Source: an uncultured Chloroflexia bacterium (GTDB taxonomy: Bacteria; Chloroflexota; Limnocylindria; QHBO01). Taken from it: DNA of 64,000 bases. The notes beneath the pieces are model-generated. The model made no database searches. It saw only the letters and a list, made by a program, of their open reading frames with translations, and had not been told where the DNA came from. Made by a program: the position numbers and the translations under genes. Each line of letters begins with the position of its first letter. Position 1 is the stretch's first letter. Below are positions 18,678 through 29,600 of this stretch, piece after piece. The DNA lies in the NCBI GenBank assembly GCA_963844415.1, contig CAWJOA010000005.1:412876-476875 (forward strand). The letters run 5' to 3'.

Positions 18678-19798
18678 CCATGCATGACGACGTCGAGATC
18701 CGGCTTCGCCAGGCTCTCGAGGTGAGCCCTCCCGAGGAGGGCGGTCGGATGCTCGACGCTCGGGTCGCTCGCGCGATGAGCCAGCCGATCACAGCGCGAG
18801 GGTGGCGCTGGGGCGGCTCCTCCGCGCTCCTCAGAGCCGTCGCCCTCGCAGCGGCACTGGCCCTTCTGACCGGCACAGTGGCTGCCACACTGACCCTGCT
18901 CGACCGGATTGCCGGCGAGTCGACCCCGGGCGTCCAGGCGGCATGGCACAACGCCGAGCTATTGGCTATCGAGGAGACGCACGCCGGCGTGACGATCACC
19001 CTCGAACGCGCCTACGCGGACCTCAACCAGGTCGCGGTCTTCTTCACGGTCGAGGGACTCGACACGGTCACGTCTGACTCCGGAGAGACCGCGCCACTCG
19101 AGTGGACCGCCCAGCTTCGCGATCCAGCCGGCCGATCGGCGGAGGAGTGGGCCGTGGTCCGCAGCGGGACCGAGGCCAATGAGCTCGGCCTCTCGGCGAA
19201 CGTCCACACGTGGGAAGGCGCCGTCACACCGATGGCCGGCACGTGGGAGCTCACGTTCCCTTCGGTCGGCTACAACGGTGGCGGCTTCGTTGGCGGCGCG
19301 TGCGACGCGGAGTCGAACGATCCCGTGTGCGCCAGCTCGCCACCGAGCGCCATGGTCGAGGGCAGCTGGCAGTTCGAGTTCGCCCTGCCACCACCCGCGG
19401 GCTCGCTCGTGTCGACCGACCTGACGGCAACCGCAGATGACGCGATCGTGACGATCAGCGAGCTCCGCATCAGCCCCACGATGATCGCTGCGTCGATGGC
19501 CCTGCGGGTCGATGACGAGATCGTGACCTCCTGGGGAACGGCCAACAACACGCTCGTCTCGATCGAGGGACCCAGCGGCACCTATCCGGCCAACACCAGC
19601 TACCACGTGACGCAGGACCCGGATGACCAGGGACCGGACGGCGATCGGAACCTGTTCATGACCACCGAGGGATCTGACCAGGCCACCGGCTCCTGGACCA
19701 TCACCATCCCGCAGCTCTGGTACGCGACCGACGACGGTGGACCGGAGACGGGAACGACCGTGACCGAGCCGGTGACCTTCACGGTCGACGTGCCCTAG
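18674..19798 (+). CDS. Putative anti-sigma factor, single TM with large extracytoplasmic domain (DUF4179-like)
   Basis: Track ORF. ATGA overlap with the sigma gene. TM segment SALLRAVALAAALALLTGTVAATLTLL. Confidence 0.6.
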   Translation: MTMHDDVEIRLRQALEVSPPEEGGRMLDARVARAMSQPITARGWRWGGSSALLRAVALAAALALLTGTVAATLTLLDRIAGESTPGVQAAWHNAELLAIEETHAGVTITLERAYADLNQVAVFFTVEGLDTVTSDSGETAPLEWTAQLRDPAGRSAEEWAVVRSGTEANELGLSANVHTWEGAVTPMAGTWELTFPSVGYNGGGFVGGACDAESNDPVCASSPPSAMVEGSWQFEFALPPPAGSLVSTDLTATADDAIVTISELRISPTMIAASMALRVDDEIVTSWGTANNTLVSIEGPSGTYPANTSYHVTQDPDDQGPDGDRNLFMTTEGSDQATGSWTITIPQLWYATDDGGPETGTTVTEPVTFTVDVP

Positions 19799-19860
19799 AG
19801 CCCGCGCGGCGACGATGACCGGGCGGCTGCTCGCTCCGTGGCGGCGTCTAGGATGGGCCG

Positions 19861-22800
19861 ATGCAGGACGTGGCCGCCGCCGTGGCCCGGGATGATCCCG
19901 AGGCGTACATCGCGCGCGACCGCCGGCGAGCCCTGGCCGCCCATGAGCCGATGCCGGACCGCGTCACCGGCGCCGCGCTCTTCGCCGATATCTCCGGCTT
20001 CACCCCGCTGACCGAGGCGCTCGCCACCGAGCTCGGCCCACAGCGCGGCCCGGAGGAGCTCACCGCCCACATCGGCCGGGTCTTCCACGCCGTCATCGAA
20101 GAGCTGGACCGGCGCGGTGGCGACGTCATCTATTTCTCGGGCGACGCGATCACCTGCTGGCTCGATGGGGACGATGGGACCCGGGCCGTCGCGGCCGCTG
20201 TCGCGATGCAGGAGGCGATGGGGCGCGTCGGGCGGATCACGACGCCGGCCGGCACCACGGTCGACCTGGCGCTCAAGGTCGCGGTGGCGGTCGGCAGCGC
20301 GCGGCGCTTCGTCGTCGGCGACCCGCAGATCCAGCTCATCGACGTCCTTGCCGGCTCGCTCATCGACGACCTCGCCGAGGCGGAGCACTACGCCGCGAGC
20401 GGCGAGATCGTGCTCGACTCGTCGGCGCTCGCCGCGCTCGGCGACCGGGTGGAGATCGCCGAGGAGCGCCGCGACGCGGCAACCGGACGCACCTTCGCCG
20501 TCGTGCGAGGCCTCCGCGTCGACGTCCCGACCGTCGACGTCGTCGAGCCCCCGCGCCTCGACGACGGCCTCGTCCGCCCCTGGCTCCTCCCCGCCGTCTA
20601 CGAGCGGATGCGCGCCGGCCATGGCGAGCTGCTCGCCGAGCTGCGTCCCGCGTACCCGCTTTTCCTGCGCTTCGCGGGCATCGACTTCGACGACGATCCC
20701 GATGCGGTCGAGGCGCTCGACGCGTTCGTGCGATCCGCGCAGCGGATCATGTCGGGCTACGGCGGCAACTTGCTCCAGCTCACGCTCGGCGACAAGGGCG
20801 CCTACCTGTACGGCGTGTTCGGTTCGCCGATCGCCCACGAGGACGATGCCGCCCGCGCCGCGGCGGCCGCGCTCGAGCTGCGCGAGCTGGCGCGGACGAC
20901 GCGGGCGCGCGACATCCAGATCGGCATGGCCCGCGGGCGTCTGCGGAGCGGAACGTACGGGCACGCGATGCGGCGCACGTTCGTGTGCCTCGGCGACTCG
21001 GTGAACCTCGCCGCACGGCTGATGGCGAAGGCGCCGGCCGGTGGCATCTACGTCGACGACCGGGTCCGGACCGATGCCGGCGACGCCTACATCTGGGAGC
21101 GGCTCGGTGACCTCGAGGTCAAGGGCAAGAAGGGCGCGATCGTTGCGCACGCACTCACCGGCTCCCTCGAGCGCGCCTCGCGCCGGAAGACGCGCTATGA
21201 GCTCGAGCTCGTCGGCCGCCGGGCCGAGCTGGAGCGGCTCGAGACCGCGCTCGATCGCACCGTCGCCGGGGACGGCCGGATCGTCGCGATCGCGGCGGAG
21301 GCCGGCATGGGCAAGTCGAGGCTGATCGCCGAATTCGTCCGCAACGCGCGTCGCCGTGGGCTGTTCGTGGCCCTCGGCGAGTGCCAGTCGTTCGGCACGA
21401 ACGCCAGCTACCACGTCTGGAGCGAGATCTGGCGACGCCTCCTCGACCTCGACGAGGCCGACGGACCCGACCTCCAGCGCGAACGGCTGACGGCCGCCCT
21501 GGCCGGGGCCGATGCCGACCTCGTCGCGCGCGCACCACTGCTGGCCCCGGTCATCGGTCTCGAGATCCCCGACACCGAGCTCACCGCGTCGTTTGACGCG
21601 AAGCTGCGCAAGTCGTCGCTCGAGGACCTCCTCGCCACGTTGCTCCGCGCACGCGCGAGCCGCGAGCCGATCGTGCTCGTGCTCGAGGACTGCCACTGGA
21701 TCGATGCGCTCTCGCGCGATCTCCTCGAGGCGCTCGGTCGAACGGCCGCGGTGCTGCCGGTGCTCTTCGTCCTCGCGTACCGGCCCGACGCGACGCCCGG
21801 CGGCGGCCTCGGCGTCGAGCGCATCGCGGACTTCGAGGAGATCGTGCTCGACCAGCTCGATGCCGATGATGCGGCGACGCTCGTACGGTCGAAGCTGGCG
21901 CAGGTGCTCGGCGCATCGGCCCCCACCGAGGTCGGCGACGTGCTCGTGGCGCTCGTCCACGATCGGTCCGAGGGCAACCCCCTGTACGCCGAGGAGCTCG
22001 TCACCTACCTCGCCGGTCGCGGGATCGACCTCCACGACGCCGATGCCATCCGTGCCATCGAGCTGCCCGAGAGCCTCCACAGCCTCGTGCTGTCGCGGAT
22101 CGACGAGATGACCGATGCGCCCCGACGAACGCTCAAGGTCGCATCGGTCGTAGGACGCGTGTTCGAGGCGCCCATCATCTCCGGCGCCTACCCCGACCTC
22201 GGCGAGCTGCCCGAGGTCGTCGACAACCTCGACGTCCTGCGCACCGCGGACCTCGTGCGGCTCGATCGAGAGCTCGAGCAGGCCTACCTGTTCAAGCACG
22301 TCGCGACGCAGGAGGTGGCGTATACGAGTCTCCCCTTCGCCGTACGCGCGCGGCTCCACGTCCGCATCGGCTCGTACCTCGAGGCGTCCGATCCGGACGG
22401 GGTGGAGCGACGCCTGGACATCCTGGCCCACCATTTCTGGAACGGCGATGACGAGGAACGGAAGCGAACCTATCTCGCGCGCGCCGCGGACGCCGCGCGG
22501 GCGAGCTACGCGAACGCGGCCGCGGTGGACTACCTCACCCGGCTCGTCCCGCTGCTCGATGGCGGCGAGCGGGTCGAGTCGCTGCTGAAGCTCGCGAAGG
22601 CGCAGGAGTTCACCGGCGACTGGCCGACGGCCGAGGCCACGGCCCGCGACGCGCTGGCCGGCGCCACCGAGCTCGGCGACGACGCATCGTGCGGATGGGC
22701 CGAGGTCGGGCTGGCCGAGTCAACTCGCAAGCAGGGCCGCTTCGAGGAGGCGGGTGCGCATCTCGCGGCGGCGCGGGGCCACTTCGACGCAGTCGGCCTC

Positions 22801-23556
22801 GACGAGGGCGTGGGCCAGGTGCTCCACCTCGCCGGCACCGTCGCCGCGCAGCAGGGAGATCTCGTCGGCGCCCGGGAGCGGTACAACGAGAGCCTCGCCA
22901 TCCGCGAGCGCCTCGACGACAAGGCGAGCCTCGGCGGCCTCTACTCGAACCTCGCGATCGTCGCCGAGTACGAGGGCGACATGGCGACCGCGCGCCAGCA
23001 CAACGAGCGCGCGCTTGCCCTCCGACGCGAGGTCGGCGACAAGTGGGCGATCGGCGTGAGCGAGAACAACCTCGGGATGATCGCCCTGCACGAGAAGGCC
23101 TTCGAGGATGCCCGCGGCCACTTCGAGGCCTCGATGCGGCTGAACCGCGAGGTCGGCGACCCGTGGATGGTCGCGATCGGCCACAACAACCTCGGCAACG
23201 CGACCCGCGGCCTCGGCGACCTCGACGCCGCGCGCGAGCACTACGGCGCCGCCCTAGAGGCCTATCGCGACTACGACGACCGGTGGGCGATGGCGTTCCT
23301 GCTCGAGGACATGGGCATCCTGGCCGCTCGGGCGGGTGATCCGGAGGCGGCCCACGAGGCCATCGGGGTGGCCGAGCGCATGCGCGCCGAGATCGAGTCG
23401 CCTCGGGCGCCGGCGCTCGAGGAAGAGCTCGGCGCGGCACTGGCCGATGCGCGCGCCGCGCTCGGCGAGGAGTCGGCGGAGGCCGCCCTGGCGCGCGGAC
23501 GCACCATGGATGCGGACGGCGTCGAGGAGCTCGGGCGACGGATCTGCGCGTCGTGA
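19861..23556 (+). CDS. Tandem class III nucleotidyl cyclase domains + AAA (STAND-type) ATPase + TPR repeats, 1231 aa
   Basis: Track ORF, intact. Motifs ALFADISGFTPLTE...FSGDAITCWL, LGDKGAYLYGVFG...LGDSVNLAARLM, P-loop AAEAGMGKSRL. TPR-like helices occupy the last ~350 aa. TAGGAT-N6-ATG precedes the start. Confidence 0.85.
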   Translation: MQDVAAAVARDDPEAYIARDRRRALAAHEPMPDRVTGAALFADISGFTPLTEALATELGPQRGPEELTAHIGRVFHAVIEELDRRGGDVIYFSGDAITCWLDGDDGTRAVAAAVAMQEAMGRVGRITTPAGTTVDLALKVAVAVGSARRFVVGDPQIQLIDVLAGSLIDDLAEAEHYAASGEIVLDSSALAALGDRVEIAEERRDAATGRTFAVVRGLRVDVPTVDVVEPPRLDDGLVRPWLLPAVYERMRAGHGELLAELRPAYPLFLRFAGIDFDDDPDAVEALDAFVRSAQRIMSGYGGNLLQLTLGDKGAYLYGVFGSPIAHEDDAARAAAAALELRELARTTRARDIQIGMARGRLRSGTYGHAMRRTFVCLGDSVNLAARLMAKAPAGGIYVDDRVRTDAGDAYIWERLGDLEVKGKKGAIVAHALTGSLERASRRKTRYELELVGRRAELERLETALDRTVAGDGRIVAIAAEAGMGKSRLIAEFVRNARRRGLFVALGECQSFGTNASYHVWSEIWRRLLDLDEADGPDLQRERLTAALAGADADLVARAPLLAPVIGLEIPDTELTASFDAKLRKSSLEDLLATLLRARASREPIVLVLEDCHWIDALSRDLLEALGRTAAVLPVLFVLAYRPDATPGGGLGVERIADFEEIVLDQLDADDAATLVRSKLAQVLGASAPTEVGDVLVALVHDRSEGNPLYAEELVTYLAGRGIDLHDADAIRAIELPESLHSLVLSRIDEMTDAPRRTLKVASVVGRVFEAPIISGAYPDLGELPEVVDNLDVLRTADLVRLDRELEQAYLFKHVATQEVAYTSLPFAVRARLHVRIGSYLEASDPDGVERRLDILAHHFWNGDDEERKRTYLARAADAARASYANAAAVDYLTRLVPLLDGGERVESLLKLAKAQEFTGDWPTAEATARDALAGATELGDDASCGWAEVGLAESTRKQGRFEEAGAHLAAARGHFDAVGLDEGVGQVLHLAGTVAAQQGDLVGARERYNESLAIRERLDDKASLGGLYSNLAIVAEYEGDMATARQHNERALALRREVGDKWAIGVSENNLGMIALHEKAFEDARGHFEASMRLNREVGDPWMVAIGHNNLGNATRGLGDLDAAREHYGAALEAYRDYDDRWAMAFLLEDMGILAARAGDPEAAHEAIGVAERMRAEIESPRAPALEEELGAALADARAALGEESAEAALARGRTMDADGVEELGRRICAS

Positions 23557-23650
23557 CCTTGCGTAAGGGGTAGCCGGACCAGTACTCTCGGCGCCACCGA
23601 GACTGCCCGCGTGCCCAGCACGGGTGACCCGAGCCACGTAGAGGACCAAC

Positions 23651-26600
23651 TTGATCCGGCATCCCGAGCCCAGTGCCGCCCCGACCGTTCAGCGGTCGGT
23701 TACCCGCGCGATCGTCGCGTCCATCGCCGCCGTCGTCGCCCTCACCGGCGTCTTCACGCTGCCCCCCGCACCCACGCGCGCCGCGACGTTCACCGTCACG
23801 AGCACCACCGACTCTGGCCTTGGTTCGCTGCGCCAGGCGATCCTCGATGCCAACGCTGCGACCGGGGTCGACACGATCGACTTCAGCATCGCCGGCTCGG
23901 GACCTCACACGATCGCGCTCTTGTCCGCCCTGCCGCCCGCCGACGAGGCGATCACGATCGACGCGAGCGCCGAGCTGCTTGGCAGCGCGCCTGGCGTCGT
24001 CCTTGACGGGACCGCGACGAGCGCCGCCGACGGTCTCGTGATCGCCAATCCGCTCGGCTTCGGAACGATCATCGGTCTCCAGATCGTTAACTTCGACGGC
24101 GCAGGGATTCGGGTGATCGGGTCGGATGGCGCGATCGTCCGTGGCAACCGCATCGGTACCGACGGCTCAGCGGACCTCGGGAACGGCATCGGCGTCGCGG
24201 TCGAGGACTCCTTCGAGGTGATCGTCGGGGGGACCGATCCCTCTGACGGCAACGTCATCGCCTGGAACGACGGGGATGGCGTCCAGGTCGCGAACTCGGG
24301 CTCCGTCTCCGTCCGGGGGAACAGCATCCACGACAACGGCGGGCTCGGCATCGATCATCGACACCGATGGCGTCGGCGGTGGATTCGTCATTCGCCCGGC
24401 CATCACCGTCGGCGAGCGCGACCAGCATCGAGGGCACGCGCCGACCCCGACGTTTCAATCGAGGTCTTCGCCAACGCTGCCTGCGACGCCTCGGGCTCCG
24501 GCGAAGGCGCAGCGCTTCTCGGGACGACAACGTCAGGCCCGGCGGGCAACTGGACGATCGCTGCCCCGGCCACGAACGGGACGCAGCTGAGCGCAACTGC
24601 AACGTTCTCGGACATCAGCGAGACGACTACGTCCGAGTTCGGGACGTGCTTCGAGGTCGTCGACGGGCTGCCCGCTGCCGGGACATGGGTCGGCGAGAGG
24701 ACGTCAGCCACCGGCGGCGTCGTCCCCGGCGGCGATGCCGTGCTCGCCGCCGGATCGGCAGAAGCGGGACCCGCACAGTTCACGTATGGCGCCGCGGACC
24801 CGCTCCCGGACTCCGGGATCGGAGCGTCCGGATCCTGGACGTTCGAGACGACCGCGGCTGCCGCCGCCTCGATCGAGATCCCGTGGCGATACACCGGATT
24901 CCATGCCTTCGCCGGCGTGACCGTGGGCCTCGAAGCGTTCGTGACCGGTTCCGGGGACGTCATCACGCCGCAGCCACTGGTCAGCACGCTGGCGACGTCG
25001 TGCATCCCGATTCCGCCCGACCCGGGCTGCCCGGAGCCCTCGGGCGGCTTCGACTACAACGGGACTGTCGAGTTCAACGTCCAGCCCGGCGACATCTACG
25101 GCTTCATCCTGACGGGATCGAACGGCGATTCGAACGAGACGCTCCGCGGCGAGCTCGTGCTCGGCACGGAGCTGCCGACCGACTGTGCCGATGCACAGGC
25201 GCTGTACGCCGCCGACGATGACGGCCGCTACGTGATCCTGCCGGCCGGGGGCCAGCGGTTCTCGGTGCACTGCGCCGACATGGACGCGACGGCCAAGGAC
25301 TACCTCGAGCTCCATCCCCAGGTCACGGGCCCGGGCTTCAACTTCAGCTCGTACGCCGCCGGCGGCGCGTCCCCCGGGACGACGGTCACATCCTCGTTCA
25401 CGAAGGTCCGTCTCAATCCCGCCACATTGCTGGTCGACATCGACGACAGGACGTTCTCGAATCCCGCGGGAGGGCTGACGCACAGCCAGGTTTCCGACCC
25501 GCATCCCGTGAGCTCGATGCCATTTGCAACCGCGATGGCCTGTAACAACGGCGCCGCGAACGGCACCGCAAACGTCAACCTGTTCGGCACCCCGTTTGTC
25601 GTCGACGACGCCTGGACCCCGAGCGGAACGGCTTCGTCCAACTTCGACAGCGCGACCTTCTCGGCCGGCGACACGGTGGTGGACATCGAGGGCAACGGTT
25701 TCTGCGGCTGGAATCACCCTGACCAGGCCGGGCCGTTCTACGTCTTCGATCCGAACCCGAACCGGTTCGTCCTCCAGCTCGCATACGCGACCGATGCGGT
25801 GCAGCTCGAGACTCCGACGCTGTTCGCATCGGTGAGCCGGGGTCCAACGACCGCGGACCTCTACGGGCGAGTCGATGGCGCGCAGAACACGCCGCTCGAC
25901 GTCGCGATTCACACGAGCGCGAGCTGCACCGACGGGGTGCTGACGAGCCCGGGGGCACCGCTGACGACGGAGAGACGTCACCACCGATGCGGAGGGGTAT
26001 CTGCGCCTCGAGAACATCGACGGCATCGCATCGGGCGACTACGTGACGATCACGGTCACCGCGCCGGATGCCACGGCAGCCTCGTCGTGCGTTCGCACGA
26101 CGGCGGACAACGACTACTGGCCGAAGGCCCTCGAGGTGTCCGCCGGTGCCCAGGACGTGGTGGAGATCGAAGGCCGGGCGCGCTGGTATCGGTTCCCGAT
26201 CGTCCCGGACCAGCAGATCACCGTAACGCTGTCGAGCCTGCCGGCGGACTACGACCTTGCGATCTTCCGCGACATCGCCGCCGAGTTCGAGTCGCAGCTC
26301 GTTCCGGCGAACGCGGACGACCTGACCCGGCTCTCGGCCGAGTTCGCCCCGAGCGTGTTCAGCCCCAGCGTCTTCTCGCCATCGGTCTTCAGCCCGAGCG
26401 TGTTCAGCCCGGACGCCTACGCGCCGAGCGTGTTCAGCCCGAGCGTCTTCTCGCCATCGGTCTTCAGCCCGAGCGTCTTCTCGCCATCGGTCTTCAGCCC
26501 GAGCGTCTTCTCGCCATCGGTCTTCAGCCCGAGCGTGTTCAGCCCGAGCGTGTTCAGCCCGAGCGTCTTCTCGCCATCGGTCTTCAGCCCGAGCGTGTTC

Positions 26601-29600
26601 AGCCCGAGCGTGTTCAGCCCGGAGGAGATCTCGCAGGCCTTCTCGAGCGCCCAGACCCGGAGCCTGATCGGGGTCTCGGCCACGCCCGGCACCGGTGACG
26701 AGACGGTCGTCGTGAATTCCTGGAACAACACCGGCTCCTTCTACGTGCGCGTGACGGGTCGAGGCGGCGCCTTCGATCCGGAAGACCTCTTCACGGTTTC
26801 GGTCGCGAAGTCCGCGAGCACATGCGAGGGCGTCGCGGAGCTTGACGACTCGGTCGCGGCGTTCGCCGCGGTTCCAAGCCTCAGCCAGGTCGAGACCGGC
26901 GCGCCGGTGGAGACGGTGATCCTCACCGACTCGTCCGAGCTCACGCTGGGTTCCGGCGCGGGTTCGCTGCAGTCCCACCTCGACGCGCTCGCCGCGCACG
27001 AGCGGGCGAACGGCGTGATCATCGACGTCAACGATGCTCAGTGGGCGGATCGGATCGCGCCGCTGCGGCAGCAGATGGAGGACAGCGCGGACTGCCCATA
27101 CGCTGCGAACCTCCTCGCGGAGGAGATCAAGAGCATCGTCGACCTGCACCGTGCCACCAACGACATCCGGTACGTCACGATCATCGGCGATGACACCGTC
27201 ATCCCGTTCTTCCGCTACCCCGACCAGAGCGGGCTGGGCCCGGAGTCGCAGTACTTCCCGCCGACCGCCAGCGACACGACCTCCGACGCCAGCCTGCGAC
27301 GTGACTTCGTCCTGAGCCAGGACGCGTACGGCGCCGACGTCAGCATCGACATTCGCACGAACGTCTTCCCCATCCCCGACCTCGCCGTCGGACGCCTGGT
27401 GGAGAGCGAAGCCGAGATCACGAACATGATCGACGCGTTCCTCGACGTGGATGGCACGGTCACCCCCGGCAACTCCCTCGTCACCGGCTACGACTTCCTG
27501 ACCGATGCGGCCGACGCAGTCGTGACCGAACTCGATGAAGGCGGCACCGACGTCGACGAGCTGATCACCGATGCGGACGTGTCGCCACAGCAGCTCGAAG
27601 CGCCAAGCCTCACCGATCCACGACGCTGGTCGTGGACGGCCGACGACCTGCGTGAAGAGCTCCTCGGCGAGCGCCACGATGTCGTCTACCTCGCCGGTCA
27701 CTTCAGCGCCCAGAGCGCGCTGGCCGCCGACTACGACACCAGCGTCCTGACGAGCGAGCTCGCGAGCTCGGACGTCGACCTCCGCAACTCGCTCGTGTTC
27801 AGCGGTGGCTGCCACTCCGGCTACAACCTCGTCGACGGCCACGCGCTGGTGACCACCTCTCCGCTCGACTGGGCGCAGGCCTTCGCGCAGAAGGGCGCCG
27901 TCCTCGTCGGTGGCACCGGCTACCAGTACGGCGACACCGAGTTCCTCGAGTACTCCGAACGGCTGTACCGCGACTTCGCCGAGGAGCTTCGCGCCGGCCA
28001 GGCGGGCACGGCCATCTCCATCGGTGAAGCGCTCATGCGCGCGAAGCGCACGTACCTCGCCACGACCCCGGACATCCGGGGCATCCACGAGAAGGCGATC
28101 CTCGAGGCGACGGTCTTCGGGCTCCCGATGTTCGGCGTCGACATGCCCGACGGCCGCGGCGCGGTCCCCGGGACCGGTGGCGGGACGCTGGATCCGATGG
28201 AGATCGACATCCTGGAACCCGCCGGTGAGCTGGGCCTGGCCACGCACGACCTCGACTTCGTGAGCCAGAACACGGCGGACAGCCTGGAGCTCGACGTCGT
28301 CGAGGCAGGCGGCGTGACCGGGACCGTCACTGCGCACTGGTTCAACGGCCCGTCGGGCGTCGTCACGAATCCGGCCGATCCGGCACTGCCGAAGCACGTC
28401 GAATCGGTCACGTCAGAGGACTCGTCGCAGGTGCTTCGAGGTGTTGGCTGGCGCGGCGGCGAGTACATCGAGGAGGACGAGATCCTGCCGTTGACCGGCG
28501 CGCCGACGACCGAGCTGCGCGGCGTCCATGCGCCCTTCGTCTCACCGGTCTTCTATCCGATGAAGATGTGGACGCCCAACTACTTCGGCCAGCTCAGCGG
28601 GTCGGGCGGGACGAATCTCATCGTGACACCGGTCCAGCACAAGACCGATACGGCGCACCCGGGCCAGACCATTCGGCGCGAATTCACCGATCTCGACCTT
28701 CGGCTGTTCTACAGCTCGAACCTGACAGACGCGGCGCTCTCCGATGCGCCGACGATCGTGAAAGTCTCGACGGCGCCGGATGGAGGCGACATCGTGTTCC
28801 GCGCCGACGTCGTCGGCGACCCGAAGGCGGCCGTGCATGAGGTCTGGATCGTTGCAACCGACGGCGGCGGGACCTGGGCACCGCTCGACCTGCAGCAGTG
28901 CACGCTCGAGACCCCGGCCGACTCGTTGCCGGTCGACTGCGATGGGCTCGACGACTCGAGAGTCTGGGTGGGACGGCTGGCGAACGCACCCTCCAGCATC
29001 GACTATGTCGTCCAGGCGGCGAGCGGTGTCGGACTCGTGGCCTTCGACGACAACCGCGGCCAGTACTACGCCGCGTCGACGACGCCCGCACCCGAGCCGG
29101 TCGCCACGACCCTGACGCTCAACGCCCCGTCGAACGGGACGTACGGCGATACCGCGATCGTGAACGTCGACCTGACGGCGTCCGGCAGCCCGGTGCCGGA
29201 CGCGCTCGTGTTCATCAAGGTCGGCGGCACCGGCGCGGTCGGGATCACCGACGCCTTCGGCCACGCGTCGGTTCCGGTGTCGCTGAACTCGACACCGGCG
29301 ACAAGCCAGGTCACCGCGTCGTTCGGGGGCATGCCGGGGTACCTGCCGTCGACTGCCAGCGCGCCATTCACGATCGCGAAGGCGCCGACCGACTTCGGCC
29401 CATTGACCCCGTTCCTCACGACGACCGAGATCGGCGAGGGCCGTGCACTGACCGTCCTGACCGCCGAACGGGGCGACACGACGCAGCCCCTCATCGATAC
29501 GAGCGTCACGGTCACGCTCTCCGGCGCAACGACCCAGGTCCTGTCGGTGAAGACGAACTACCTCGGCGAGGTCAAGCTGCCCGTGGGCGTCGCGCCGGGG

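Noticed and set aside
26346-26615. The 15-bp tandem array as a CRISPR array
   Set aside because: The period is 15 nt with no spacers. The array is in frame inside a long conserved ORF and encodes a regular pentapeptide.
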